Source: Prolixibacteraceae bacterium (GTDB lineage Bacteria; Bacteroidota; Bacteroidia; Bacteroidales; Prolixibacteraceae). Taken from it: a DNA stretch of 64,000 nt. The stretch spans positions 4,057 to 68,056 of the forward strand of contig JBAXUL010000001.1 in NCBI GenBank assembly GCA_037129695.1. The letters are read 5' to 3'. Position 1 is the first letter of the stretch, and each line of letters starts with the position of its first letter. The position numbers and the translations under genes were made by a program. Positions 40,507 to 49,206 of the stretch are shown here, piece after piece. Under the pieces are notes generated by a model. That model did no database searches. It was not told the DNA's origin and worked only from the letters and a program-made list of their open reading frames with translations.

Positions 40507-43359
40507 TTAGAATACTAGTTTTAATTCAGCTCCAAAATAGGCGGTTTGATTCATCCTGACATAGGAATCCGCACGAGCTGTTCGATAGATGGGCCTTTGG
40601 TTAAGAAGGTTGTTGGCATAGAAGGAGAACTGGGCACGATCGCCAATTTCTTTGGTAAGTTTTAGATTTATTTGCCATGTTACCGGATAACTTTCTGTGG
40701 TAAAATAGTTGTTGTACAGGGAATTAACCAAAAAGCTAAAAGGCATTTGGAAACTATTGGCTGATTGCCACGCATGGTATTGCATCTGTTTGTCGAGGTA
40801 TCCGACCGGATCGACGTATACTTTGCTTGCATGTTCGTATTGTCCATAAATTTTTTCATTATTGGAATTCAGTGTATATGCCACATTTTGTCCCTGGTAG
40901 TTCCAGTAGTAAGCAGTTTTGTCGATCCAGATAATTTGTGCTTTTACCGAAACAATCATCCTGACCTTGGGCAGGTGGGTGGTGATGTTGATGTTCGAAT
41001 TCAGCCTTTGTTTTAAATTTCCTTTTCCACCTGGCATCAACGCAACGTAAGGGAACTTTTCACCCAAGTAGGATGCATTGGGTCTTTCCTGATAAGGTGC
41101 CACATTTTCAGTTTTTTGAATGTGGTAGTAAGCGCCATCTACCATTAAGGTCGTTTTAAGACTCTTTAACTTGCCAAAGTTCAGGATGTATTCTATTCCC
41201 TTCTTGGTGACGTCGTAGTTGTTCTGCGGACTGTTATAGTAATGAAACTCCTGTTTTTTTGCGTAGGGAAGGGTTTTGGTTGTTCCATTTTCAACGTAGG
41301 TAATCGCTCCGTTTTGGTATTGCGGTTGTTTTCCGATACCCGATACCTGATCCCATTTGTTGTACTCCATCGCAAAAAATTGACTTTCCCAGGTATATCC
41401 ATTGATTATCTTTTCGGAGAATCCTGTAACGGATACCTTAATTCCTTTTACCTTCATGTCAACTCCTGCCTCAAATTTGGTATTGGAAATCGGTTTTAAC
41501 GCAGGATTACTTGTGTCAGTGATCACTTTCGTGGTAATGACGATGAGATCCGGATAGTAGTTGAAACTCATCTCGTCCTGATAGGATTTGTCAGGATACA
41601 TGAAAATCATGGATGGGTTTTTCGAGGTCTTTCCGTATCCGCCGTGAAAGGACAAATCTTGCATCAACAGATCTTCCCTTTTTTGAAAGAGATCGTAGGT
41701 GATGTTTATCCTGGGTTCCAGGTTGATGAATCCATCTGTTGTAAAAAGGCCTTTGGGTAGCATATTGTTGTACCGAATACCAAACTGGGATTTCAGTGAA
41801 CCCGAACCTATAGGCAGAACGAAGAGGTCCTCGGCGTAAAATGCAAGATCACGGCTCATGGGTATATCATTGAAAGCCCTCGGTCTGGTTGAAGAAGCAC
41901 CGGTAGGTGGTTTTGTCAGGTCATATATTTTTCCGGCCCCATTGTTGCCGGCGCTTTTCCATTCTGCTCCCACCATCAGGTTGTTACTGGCTTTACCGAA
42001 ATCGTTGGCGACTGTTCCTTTCACGACTCCATAAAAGTTGAAGGGTTGTCCGTCTATTCTTAGATCGCTGATGTACCTTGTTGGTAAAATAGAACCTACG
42101 GCCTCTCCGGAAACCATAGCTGTTGGCAAGGCGGTGGCTCCTGCATTGGTAGTCACCCTGTGTTCAAAGACCTCCTGTTTGGTGTAATCACCTGAAAAAT
42201 TATAGGATATGTTGTTGAGCCATGGTTTTCTCACAGACCATTTTCCGAAAAGTTTTAATCCTGCATTTTCTTCTTTTTCCTGCAAAATTTCCTCTCTTAA
42301 CAGGTCCGGGTCATTCTTTGCTTTATCAAGGGTATTGTAGTAGTTGATTTTTACATTGATACTTAATGGTTTGGAGTCAGTAAACAAAGTGTTGGAGTAA
42401 CCCAACTGCCCGGTAAGTCTTTTGTAACTTTTTGAAGGTTTACGAAGGTCGTCGTAGGAATGTGCGTAATCTACATCAATATTCAAAGCCCCATTTTTAG
42501 TGCCGGGAAGAAGGAACCCTTTGGATAGGGTCAATTGCTTTATTTTAGGGTCTGTTTTGATCCCTGCATGTAGTTTTGATTTACCTGCTTTGGTGCGGAC
42601 AAGAACAATTCCGGTAGTTAGGTCGCCGTATTCGACGGATGGAATACCTCTGATAACTTCAACGGATTCAATGTTGTCGGTAGGAATTTTTCTGAGGTCG
42701 ATTCCTTGTCCGGAGGTTGAATAAGCCTGAATTGTGCCACTTCCTGCCGTATTGAGGGTTTGCAAGTTGGCATCATTGTTCAGTGGAGTTCCATCCAGAA
42801 CGATGGCCGTACCCATGGCGCTGTTGTTATCCGGTTTGCTGGCGGTATTGATATCCCGGATGGTAATCTGATTGGAGGAAGACATATTTGGATTGAGGGT
42901 AATTTGTCCCGGTACCAGTTGCATCACATCCGCGAGGCTACTTGGCTGCACATGCGTCAGCGCGGTACTTTCAATCTTGGAGGAGGAACTCATACTGGTA
43001 TGCTCCCGGGCTATTACAACGACTTCCTCCAAAGCCAGAGAGGATTGTTGCATGACAACTGTTACCTCGGTAACAGAGCTGTTGATGGAGATAGGAAGTT
43101 CGTTTTTTTCATAACCCAAACAAACTACCTGCAAGGTGTATTTTCCGGCAGGTACATTGTTGAAAATAAAATCTCCCTGGTTATTGCTTGTTGTCCACCT
43201 GTTTAATTCAAGTAATTGGACAGATGCCAATTCAATCTTAAATCCAGTTTTACTTTCAATGATATGACCATTCAGCCTGAAACCATTCTGGGCAAACGTA
43301 CCTACAGAAAGTAATGTACATAAAGGCAACAGAATATGTTTTTTAATCAGATCAAGCAT
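40507..43359 (-). CDS. TonB-dependent receptor with a carboxypeptidase-regulatory-like N-terminal domain
   Basis: 950 aa. Signal peptide, CarboxypepD_reg-like module (GHIIESKTGFKIELASV...GKYTLQVVCLGY), plug region (IESVEVIRGIPSVEYGDLTTGIVLV), and C-terminal ...AELKLVF. Confidence 0.88.
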   Translation of the reverse strand: MLDLIKKHILLPLCTLLSVGTFAQNGFRLNGHIIESKTGFKIELASVQLLELNRWTTSNNQGDFIFNNVPAGKYTLQVVCLGYEKNELPISINSSVTEVTVVMQQSSLALEEVVVIAREHTSMSSSSKIESTALTHVQPSSLADVMQLVPGQITLNPNMSSSNQITIRDINTASKPDNNSAMGTAIVLDGTPLNNDANLQTLNTAGSGTIQAYSTSGQGIDLRKIPTDNIESVEVIRGIPSVEYGDLTTGIVLVRTKAGKSKLHAGIKTDPKIKQLTLSKGFLLPGTKNGALNIDVDYAHSYDDLRKPSKSYKRLTGQLGYSNTLFTDSKPLSINVKINYYNTLDKAKNDPDLLREEILQEKEENAGLKLFGKWSVRKPWLNNISYNFSGDYTKQEVFEHRVTTNAGATALPTAMVSGEAVGSILPTRYISDLRIDGQPFNFYGVVKGTVANDFGKASNNLMVGAEWKSAGNNGAGKIYDLTKPPTGASSTRPRAFNDIPMSRDLAFYAEDLFVLPIGSGSLKSQFGIRYNNMLPKGLFTTDGFINLEPRINITYDLFQKREDLLMQDLSFHGGYGKTSKNPSMIFMYPDKSYQDEMSFNYYPDLIVITTKVITDTSNPALKPISNTKFEAGVDMKVKGIKVSVTGFSEKIINGYTWESQFFAMEYNKWDQVSGIGKQPQYQNGAITYVENGTTKTLPYAKKQEFHYYNSPQNNYDVTKKGIEYILNFGKLKSLKTTLMVDGAYYHIQKTENVAPYQERPNASYLGEKFPYVALMPGGKGNLKQRLNSNINITTHLPKVRMIVSVKAQIIWIDKTAYYWNYQGQNVAYTLNSNNEKIYGQYEHASKVYVDPVGYLDKQMQYHAWQSANSFQMPFSFLVNSLYNNYFTTESYPVTWQINLKLTKEIGDRAQFSFYANNLLNQRPIYRTARADSYVRMNQTAYFGAELKLVF

Positions 43360-43386
43360 GGTAACATCAATTAATCATCAGGGATT

Positions 43387-45294
43387 TTAGAATTTAAACA
43401 TGTTGGCCATTTTCTCTTTTTCACCTGTGCTGAAGGTGATAGAGAGGGAATCACACTTCAGGGAGTTCCAGATTTTGGTTGGATTGGTGAGGGTATCCAC
43501 ATAAATTATCTCGAAATTTATCTGTTGTATCGTGTCGAGTGCCGATTTAAATCCAACAACGCCGTCATCGTTCGACAGGTGACTGATCAGATAAGGAAGT
43601 GCCTTGGTGTTGTATTTGTTGGTGCCCAAAGGAACAACCATGGTGTCAAGAAGCGATGTACTGTAATTTGCAATGTTGTTGAACTCTTTGACGATCGGCT
43701 GAAACATTTTCCTGACATAATCCCCTTTCGAAATTGTTGAGAATTGAAGCTTGTTGACGACTTTGTATGAAATCGCTATATTTTTCTTCTTGCCACCCGA
43801 TTCTACTGCCAATTGATCGGATTCGAGCTCTTTAATCAGGTTTTCTTCCTTAATATCAGAATTGCCGGGGAAATAAATTCTGATCTGAACCGGACAATTG
43901 AATTCACTTTCAAGACCAATTGCCGTTGTTTTTTCTTTGAGTAAGATGGACAGATAGGTAAAGTCCATCGGATCAAAGAAGTTATCAAGTAACAATGAGA
44001 CCACTTTAACCTCTTCAATCCCTTTGTCAAGCAGTCGTATCGGCGTTTTCATCGGTGTGAAGAGTTCGGATTGCAGTTTTAATTTATTGGTGACCGCAGG
44101 ATCGAAATATACTTTTACCGTGTGCGTGGTCACAAAAGTTGCCACTCCCATGACACCAGGCACCTCTTTCATTTTAGCAGCAAAGGCCATAGAACTTCCA
44201 TAACATTTTACATTTTTCAAACCCGACTGGGTAAAGACTTCTGCTTTCTTCATTTCATTGCTGTCGTACCATTTTTGGTCGATTGTTGGCAATTCCCATA
44301 CAGTACTCAGGAAAAATCCAACCACGATTAACACCAGTACTGCGATTGGGGGCAACCATCTCAGTTTGTTGGAGTGGTTGATTTGTATGGTCTCTTTTAC
44401 AGGGCAAACCGTTATACATTCACTGCATAAATTGCAATCGATATGATTAACCACCTTCATGCTGGCTACATCAATGGCTTGTGGACATTTTCTGCTGCAA
44501 AGCTGACAATCTGTGCATGTGGTTTCGTTTCGTGTAATCCTGGCAACCGGTATGAAGAGTAGTCGTGTTCCCCAAATTTCCAGGATATATCCTCCAAGAC
44601 AAAGAATTCCCAATGGCCATGCAAAATGAATGGTAAAGTTCAGTTTAATGAGCACAATGTAGATGAGGATGACGGCAAGGAAAAACCAGGCAAATTTGAA
44701 CAGGTTGGAAATGGCTCCAAGCGGGCAAAGGTATTTACACCACAACAGTCGGATGAAAACGGAACCGATGATGACAATTGCGATTGCAAGTGAAGCATAC
44801 AGGAGAACCACATCCATGCTAAAGCCTGAGGCGATCGCGTAATAAGGGTCATATTTCTTGCAGAACAGTTCATTGGAACCAAGGGTAAAATAGAAGGTGA
44901 TGAAAAGCAGCAGGTATTTGAGTGATCTCATCAAAGTGTCGGTAAGACCAGATAGGGTAATTCTTACTTTGATTTTTTCACCAAGCTTTCCAAGCCATTC
45001 ACTGATCGTTCCAATGGGACAGATATAGGAGCAAAACAGTTTACTGAACAATACGACCCCAATCATCAACATAACTCCCATGGCAATCTGGGCGGAAGTC
45101 ATGGTACATGCCAATGAACCGTTAAGCAGGAAACTGCTGAGGGCTTGTATTCCACCGAAAGGACAATAGGCCTCAAAATCGGGTGTGTAATCATCTTTAA
45201 AAAATGGCAATGCGGCCAGAATGACAACTGCCACGATGAAAGTCCACTGAATGACGATTCTGGGAAGGTTTGAATTTTTTAGATTGCTTTTCAT
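43387..45294 (-). CDS. Membrane polyferredoxin (NapH/NosR/MauN-like 4Fe-4S-binding protein) with a roughly 300-aa C-terminal extension
   Basis: CPFGG, CSYICPIG and CKYLCPLG motifs at TM helix ends. Two ferredoxin motifs, CTDCQLCSRKCP and CNLCSECITVCP, then another TM helix and an uncharacterised C-terminal part. ATG at 45294 preferred over the TTG at 45339. Confidence 0.8.
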   Translation of the reverse strand: MKSNLKNSNLPRIVIQWTFIVAVVILAALPFFKDDYTPDFEAYCPFGGIQALSSFLLNGSLACTMTSAQIAMGVMLMIGVVLFSKLFCSYICPIGTISEWLGKLGEKIKVRITLSGLTDTLMRSLKYLLLFITFYFTLGSNELFCKKYDPYYAIASGFSMDVVLLYASLAIAIVIIGSVFIRLLWCKYLCPLGAISNLFKFAWFFLAVILIYIVLIKLNFTIHFAWPLGILCLGGYILEIWGTRLLFIPVARITRNETTCTDCQLCSRKCPQAIDVASMKVVNHIDCNLCSECITVCPVKETIQINHSNKLRWLPPIAVLVLIVVGFFLSTVWELPTIDQKWYDSNEMKKAEVFTQSGLKNVKCYGSSMAFAAKMKEVPGVMGVATFVTTHTVKVYFDPAVTNKLKLQSELFTPMKTPIRLLDKGIEEVKVVSLLLDNFFDPMDFTYLSILLKEKTTAIGLESEFNCPVQIRIYFPGNSDIKEENLIKELESDQLAVESGGKKKNIAISYKVVNKLQFSTISKGDYVRKMFQPIVKEFNNIANYSTSLLDTMVVPLGTNKYNTKALPYLISHLSNDDGVVGFKSALDTIQQINFEIIYVDTLTNPTKIWNSLKCDSLSITFSTGEKEKMANMFKF

Positions 45295-45414
45295 ACTTTT
45301 TTTATAATACCATTTGAACTCTTTGAATAAAATAACCAATTGCTATTTTGAGAGCGAAGAGTCGGTTATGGTTGTTTGTTAGGAGTAATTGGGTTCAAAT
45401 GAGTGGGTGAAAGA

Positions 45415-45810
45415 TTAAAATAATTTTTCGTGATCGACATTTAGGTGATGTATTTCTTTGAGTTGAATGAGTGCTTCATTCTTTTTTGAGTTTTTGGAAA
45501 ACAGTATTTGTGTATTGGCATGGAAACCCAGCATGATACCGAGTACGATGGCTGCAGCTGCAACAGTTGAAAATTGAAAAAACAGGGACAGATCTCTCTT
45601 TTTAGATCGTTCTCCAATTTCCAGCTTGGTATGGTCCAATATTTTATCCAGAAGGCCTGGGGGAAGGTCAATGGGTTCATCTAAAAATAGCATGGAACCA
45701 TTCACTTGTTCCAAAAGGGTTGAACATTGAGGGCATTGATCCAGATGTTCCTGAAATTCAATGCCGGACAAATCTTCCTTTATCAATTGTATAGAATGGG
45801 CACATTTCAT
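45415..45810 (-). CDS. Putative anti-sigma factor (zf-HC2 type, single TM helix)
   Basis: 131 aa. H-x3-C-x2-C motif (HLDQCPQC) near the N-terminus and one TM helix (FSTVAAAAIVLGIMLGF). Confidence 0.62.
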   Translation of the reverse strand: MKCAHSIQLIKEDLSGIEFQEHLDQCPQCSTLLEQVNGSMLFLDEPIDLPPGLLDKILDHTKLEIGERSKKRDLSLFFQFSTVAAAAIVLGIMLGFHANTQILFSKNSKKNEALIQLKEIHHLNVDHEKLF

Positions 45811-45909
45811 TCAATCGGAAATTTTATTGGTTAATGATGGTTTCACATCAATTGTATGGGTTCCTTTTAAAGACGCACAAAAAAAAAAGATCTGGCGCGG
45901 AATCAAAAA

Positions 45910-46419
45910 TTAATTATTTAGCTGGTCCCTTCTGGAGCACTCTTTTTTATTACAATAGCTGCATTGGTTGCCCAGTTCCATCATTTCTTTCAGGAGTTCG
46001 TTGAGTTTGATTTTTTGTTCGTCTGTGCAAATGCTCTTAATATTTTCAAAATGCCTGATGGTTTGCCTTTTCAGACCCGTTCTGTATTTTCCGATTGAGA
46101 CGGCAATGGAATCCATCTTTGCCTTAGAAGGGTGGTCGGAAGTCATCTCTTCAACCAGTTTGAAGTTATAGGCGCACTCCATGTCAAGCAGCGATTGATA
46201 AATTCTGAGTACCTCATTGTCTATCACCGACATTTTCTTGAACTGATCCTGTGTCAGGTTAAGTTCCTCTTTCAGGAATTGGTCCGAATTGTATTTCTCA
46301 AGCGATGGCGTATTTCCTTGTCTGTTGAGCAGCAGAATTGTTCCAAATGCCGAGATATTAATCATCAATAAAAAGATGTTGATCCATTGGATGATTCGGT
46401 GCTTTTTAGCTTTTTCCAT
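45910..46419 (-). CDS. Membrane-anchored periplasmic LTXXQ-motif protein (CpxP/Spy/ZraP-like 'heavy-metal sensor' type)
   Basis: 169 aa from ATG 46419, one nt after the sigma-factor stop. TM helix, LNLTQDQFKKM and CTDEQKIKL motifs, and a Cys-rich tail CSYCNKKEC. Confidence 0.62.
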   Translation of the reverse strand: MEKAKKHRIIQWINIFLLMINISAFGTILLLNRQGNTPSLEKYNSDQFLKEELNLTQDQFKKMSVIDNEVLRIYQSLLDMECAYNFKLVEEMTSDHPSKAKMDSIAVSIGKYRTGLKRQTIRHFENIKSICTDEQKIKLNELLKEMMELGNQCSYCNKKECSRRDQLNN

Positions 46420-46420
46420 T

Positions 46421-47002
46421 TTATTCAGACTGATTTTTAAAATAGTGTAACAGCGATTTCCGCAGGTTGGTCTTGGCTCTGTAGATGAGCGATTCAACCG
46501 AGATAAGCGAAATTCCCATTTGCTCACAAATTTCTTTTTGTGAGTAATTTTCGAATTTGTGCAGCAGGATTACCTTTTTTTGATTTTCGGGTAACCTATC
46601 AATGGCTTGTAAGATTATTTTTCTTGATTCCTCCTGTTCAAGTTTTTGGGAAGGAGTATTCGAATCGACTTGCTTGATTGTTCTGTCGATGGAAGAGGAA
46701 GCTGTTTCAATGCTAACACTGTTGGTCAGTTTGACAGGATTGTGTTTGCGCAGAAAACTCAACGATTTGTTCAGTGCTATTTTATAAATCCAACCTGAGA
46801 GGTCGTTGTCTTTCTGGATGAGCGCGATGGACCGGAATACCTCTACAAATACCTCCTGGGTGAGATCTTCAGAATCAGTCTTGGACCGGACAAGCCTGAA
46901 ACAGGTCACATAGACCAATCGCTGGTATTTTATTACCAAGGATCCGAATGCCTGTCTGTCATGTTTCAGGATCTTTTCTACCAGTATGCGGTCTTCTTCC
47001 AT
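46421..47002 (-). CDS. ECF (sigma-70 family group 4) RNA polymerase sigma factor
   Basis: 193 aa. Region 2 (DLTQEVFVEVFRS...) and region 4 (YSQKEICEQMGISLISVESLIYRAKTNL). Confidence 0.92.
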   Translation of the reverse strand: MEEDRILVEKILKHDRQAFGSLVIKYQRLVYVTCFRLVRSKTDSEDLTQEVFVEVFRSIALIQKDNDLSGWIYKIALNKSLSFLRKHNPVKLTNSVSIETASSSIDRTIKQVDSNTPSQKLEQEESRKIILQAIDRLPENQKKVILLHKFENYSQKEICEQMGISLISVESLIYRAKTNLRKSLLHYFKNQSE

Positions 47003-47021
47003 TTAGATAGACTATACTGAC

Positions 47022-47483
47022 TTAGTTCCCGACCTTAAATCTGCCTTTTGTATCGTCTTTGTAAACCCATCCTTTGTTTTTGAGGTATTTGTCTGCCTCT
47101 TCTCTGGTTAGAAATAGTTCGCCTTCCTTTTCCCACCAGGTACTTCCTGTTGAAATTCCCAGTTTGTTACAGTCTTTGGTTTTTGCCAGATTGATGGTCT
47201 CCAGTGCTTTCATCTTTAGACTGTCATTCCGGATGGATACAATGACTGCCTGGATAGATTTTCCATATTTAACAGATTGATTCTTGTTGGCCAAAACGAT
47301 GAGTCCAAAACATTTTGAACCTTCTTGTGCCCATGTTCCAATCCGCCCATTCAATCTATCATTGAGTTTTGTTACCTCTTCCTTGTAAGTTTCTTTCGGT
47401 TTGACGGTAGATTTTGGATTTGAATGACAGCTGGTCAATGAATAAATCACTAATGAGAGGAAAAAAATTCGGGATAGAAGCAT
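47022..47483 (-). CDS. Lipoprotein of unknown function
   Basis: 153 aa. Lipobox SLTSC. Ends 19 nt upstream of the ECF sigma gene on the same strand. Confidence 0.6.
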   Translation of the reverse strand: MLLSRIFFLSLVIYSLTSCHSNPKSTVKPKETYKEEVTKLNDRLNGRIGTWAQEGSKCFGLIVLANKNQSVKYGKSIQAVIVSIRNDSLKMKALETINLAKTKDCNKLGISTGSTWWEKEGELFLTREEADKYLKNKGWVYKDDTKGRFKVGN

Positions 47484-47606
47484 GGCCTTAGTTATTGGTA
47501 TTAAATAGGTAGACGCAATTTAATTCAAAATCTGGCGATTTGTACCTTGATTTCCCGAAAATAATCAAAAACCATCCATGATTCAGTTGCAGGAACTTAA
47601 AATCTT

Positions 47607-48341
47607 CTATTTTTTGAACATCACGAAAAGTGAAATTGAAATAAAAAGAAGTATGCAGGAGGCGATACCGTACAATTGCAATGCAGCGATGAGTAAGATG
47701 GAGAGGAATACGAAGGAGATTTGTAATTGGTTGTTTTTCCAGCTGAGGGTCTTGAATTTGAGCGAAAACATGGGGATTTCAGAAATCAGCAGGTAAGAGA
47801 AGATCAGTGTGATTCCAATCAATACAGGTGTGGAAAGCAGGATATGGTCGACGGCAGGTAGGGAACCGTGTTCCTGTATCAAGGCAAGTGAGGAGATGAA
47901 TATGGCATTTGCAGGAGTCGGTAAGCCAATAAAGGAACTTGTCTGACGCTCATCAATATTGAATTTGGCCAGTCGGAGTGCCGAAAAAATTGGTATCAGA
48001 AATGCGGTTCCCATGATCAGTAATTGGACAGGAGAAAGATTGGACTGTAGTTCCGGCAGAATGTCTGCTTTAAATATGCTAATTTCCAGTAATTTGAACA
48101 TAAGCAACCCCGGGGCTAACCCGAATGAAATCATATCTGCCAATGAATCAAGCTCTTTTCCCATGAGGGAATAGGCTTTTAAGAGCCGTGCACTCATGCC
48201 ATCCAGAAAGTCGAAAATGGCCGCCAGCATGATCAGGAATACACCCGTGGTGAGGTCTCCCTTCAAAATAAATACTACCGCGACGCTTCCGCAGAGCACG
48301 TTGAGCGAGGTAATGAAATTGGGGATATTCTTTCTGATCAT
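47607..48341 (-). CDS. pssA: CDP-diacylglycerol--serine O-phosphatidyltransferase
   Basis: CDP-alcohol phosphatidyltransferase motif DFLDGMSARLL...GKELDSLADMISFG. ATG at 48341 chosen; the track ORF opens at a TTG at 48365. Confidence 0.9.
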   Translation of the reverse strand: MIRKNIPNFITSLNVLCGSVAVVFILKGDLTTGVFLIMLAAIFDFLDGMSARLLKAYSLMGKELDSLADMISFGLAPGLLMFKLLEISIFKADILPELQSNLSPVQLLIMGTAFLIPIFSALRLAKFNIDERQTSSFIGLPTPANAIFISSLALIQEHGSLPAVDHILLSTPVLIGITLIFSYLLISEIPMFSLKFKTLSWKNNQLQISFVFLSILLIAALQLYGIASCILLFISISLFVMFKK

Positions 48342-48351
48342 TCGATCCGGA

Positions 48352-49002
48352 TTAGAGTTCTGCAAGTATGGTTTGACTGCCCGTCACTTCCTGGCATAAT
48401 TCAACATTTATTTTGGTTCCGACCGGCAGATAAATATCTACCCGCGATCCAAAACGGATGAACCCGAGTTCGTCTTTTTGTGTAACTTGTTTGCCGGCAG
48501 TGGAGTAAGTAATTATCCTTTTCGCAACGGCTCCGGCAATCTGTCTGACCAGAACTTCTGTGCCATCCGCCATTCGGATTACAGTAGTTGCTCTTTCATT
48601 TAAGGTAGAGGACTTTGGCAGGTAGGCTGCCATAAAATGACCACTGTGATGCTTGAAATAAGTTACTTCTCCGGGAACCGGATTCCAGTTAATATGCACA
48701 TTGTACACTGACATAAAGACAGAGACCTGTAATCTCTTGTCCTTAAAATATTCATTTTCTGTGGTTTCTTCAATGGCAACGATGGTGCCATCAGCCGGCG
48801 ACAGTACTGATTTTGGAGCGTCTGTAATATTTCTGTGGGGATAGCGAAAAAAGCGAATACTCAGGATTAACAGGGGTAATGTGGACAACAGAATAAAAAC
48901 ACGGAATACCGTTTCTCCAGTTAGTCCAACTAAGTAATTGATAGTCAGCCATATTAAGATCGATATGGCAACTATTTTATAGCCTTCTTTGTGTAGTCTC
49001 AT
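48352..49002 (-). CDS. psd: Phosphatidylserine decarboxylase proenzyme
   Basis: Psd body with the self-cleavage region FIRFGSRVD. ATG at 49002 chosen; the track ORF opens at a TTG at 49035. Confidence 0.92.
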   Translation of the reverse strand: MRLHKEGYKIVAISILIWLTINYLVGLTGETVFRVFILLSTLPLLILSIRFFRYPHRNITDAPKSVLSPADGTIVAIEETTENEYFKDKRLQVSVFMSVYNVHINWNPVPGEVTYFKHHSGHFMAAYLPKSSTLNERATTVIRMADGTEVLVRQIAGAVAKRIITYSTAGKQVTQKDELGFIRFGSRVDIYLPVGTKINVELCQEVTGSQTILAEL

Positions 49003-49022
49003 CCTTTTTTGTTTGGTTCCGG

Positions 49023-49030
49023 CAAAAATA
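49023..49030 (-). promoter_or_regulatory. Candidate -7 box (TATTTTTG on the minus strand) for psd-pssA
   Basis: TAnnTTTG match about 21 nt upstream of the ATG at 49002, inside the 171/204-nt gap after cdsA. Confidence 0.35.
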
Positions 49031-49206
49031 GTCAATAATTTTAGAATTCAGAGACAATTCGGCAATTCAACGGTCCTGCAATTGGAAAATGTGGAATGTG
49101 CTGATGAGGAGCCATCAGAAAATGAATCCATAGAACTATCGACAGGGTTGAGGAAATTGGGCTCGGTGATCGATTTAAATAGCCGAAAATTAAAGTCTTA
49201 AGTGGT

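Noticed and set aside
45340-45414. Possible ECF-type promoter (TGAACC...N...) upstream of the polyferredoxin gene, and another at 47484-47606 upstream of the lipoprotein gene
   Set aside because: I could not find a -35/-10 pair with convincing spacing. Calling an ECF promoter from sequence alone would be guesswork.
46420-46527. Longer start for the LTXXQ-protein ORF, overlapping the ECF sigma gene by about 100 nt
   Set aside because: The extension is an out-of-frame read of the sigma-factor 3' end. The ATG at 46419 lies one nt after the sigma stop and precedes the TM helix.
47578-47796. 72-aa plus-strand ORF at the pssA 3' end
   Set aside because: It is antisense to pssA and the sequence does not look protein-like.
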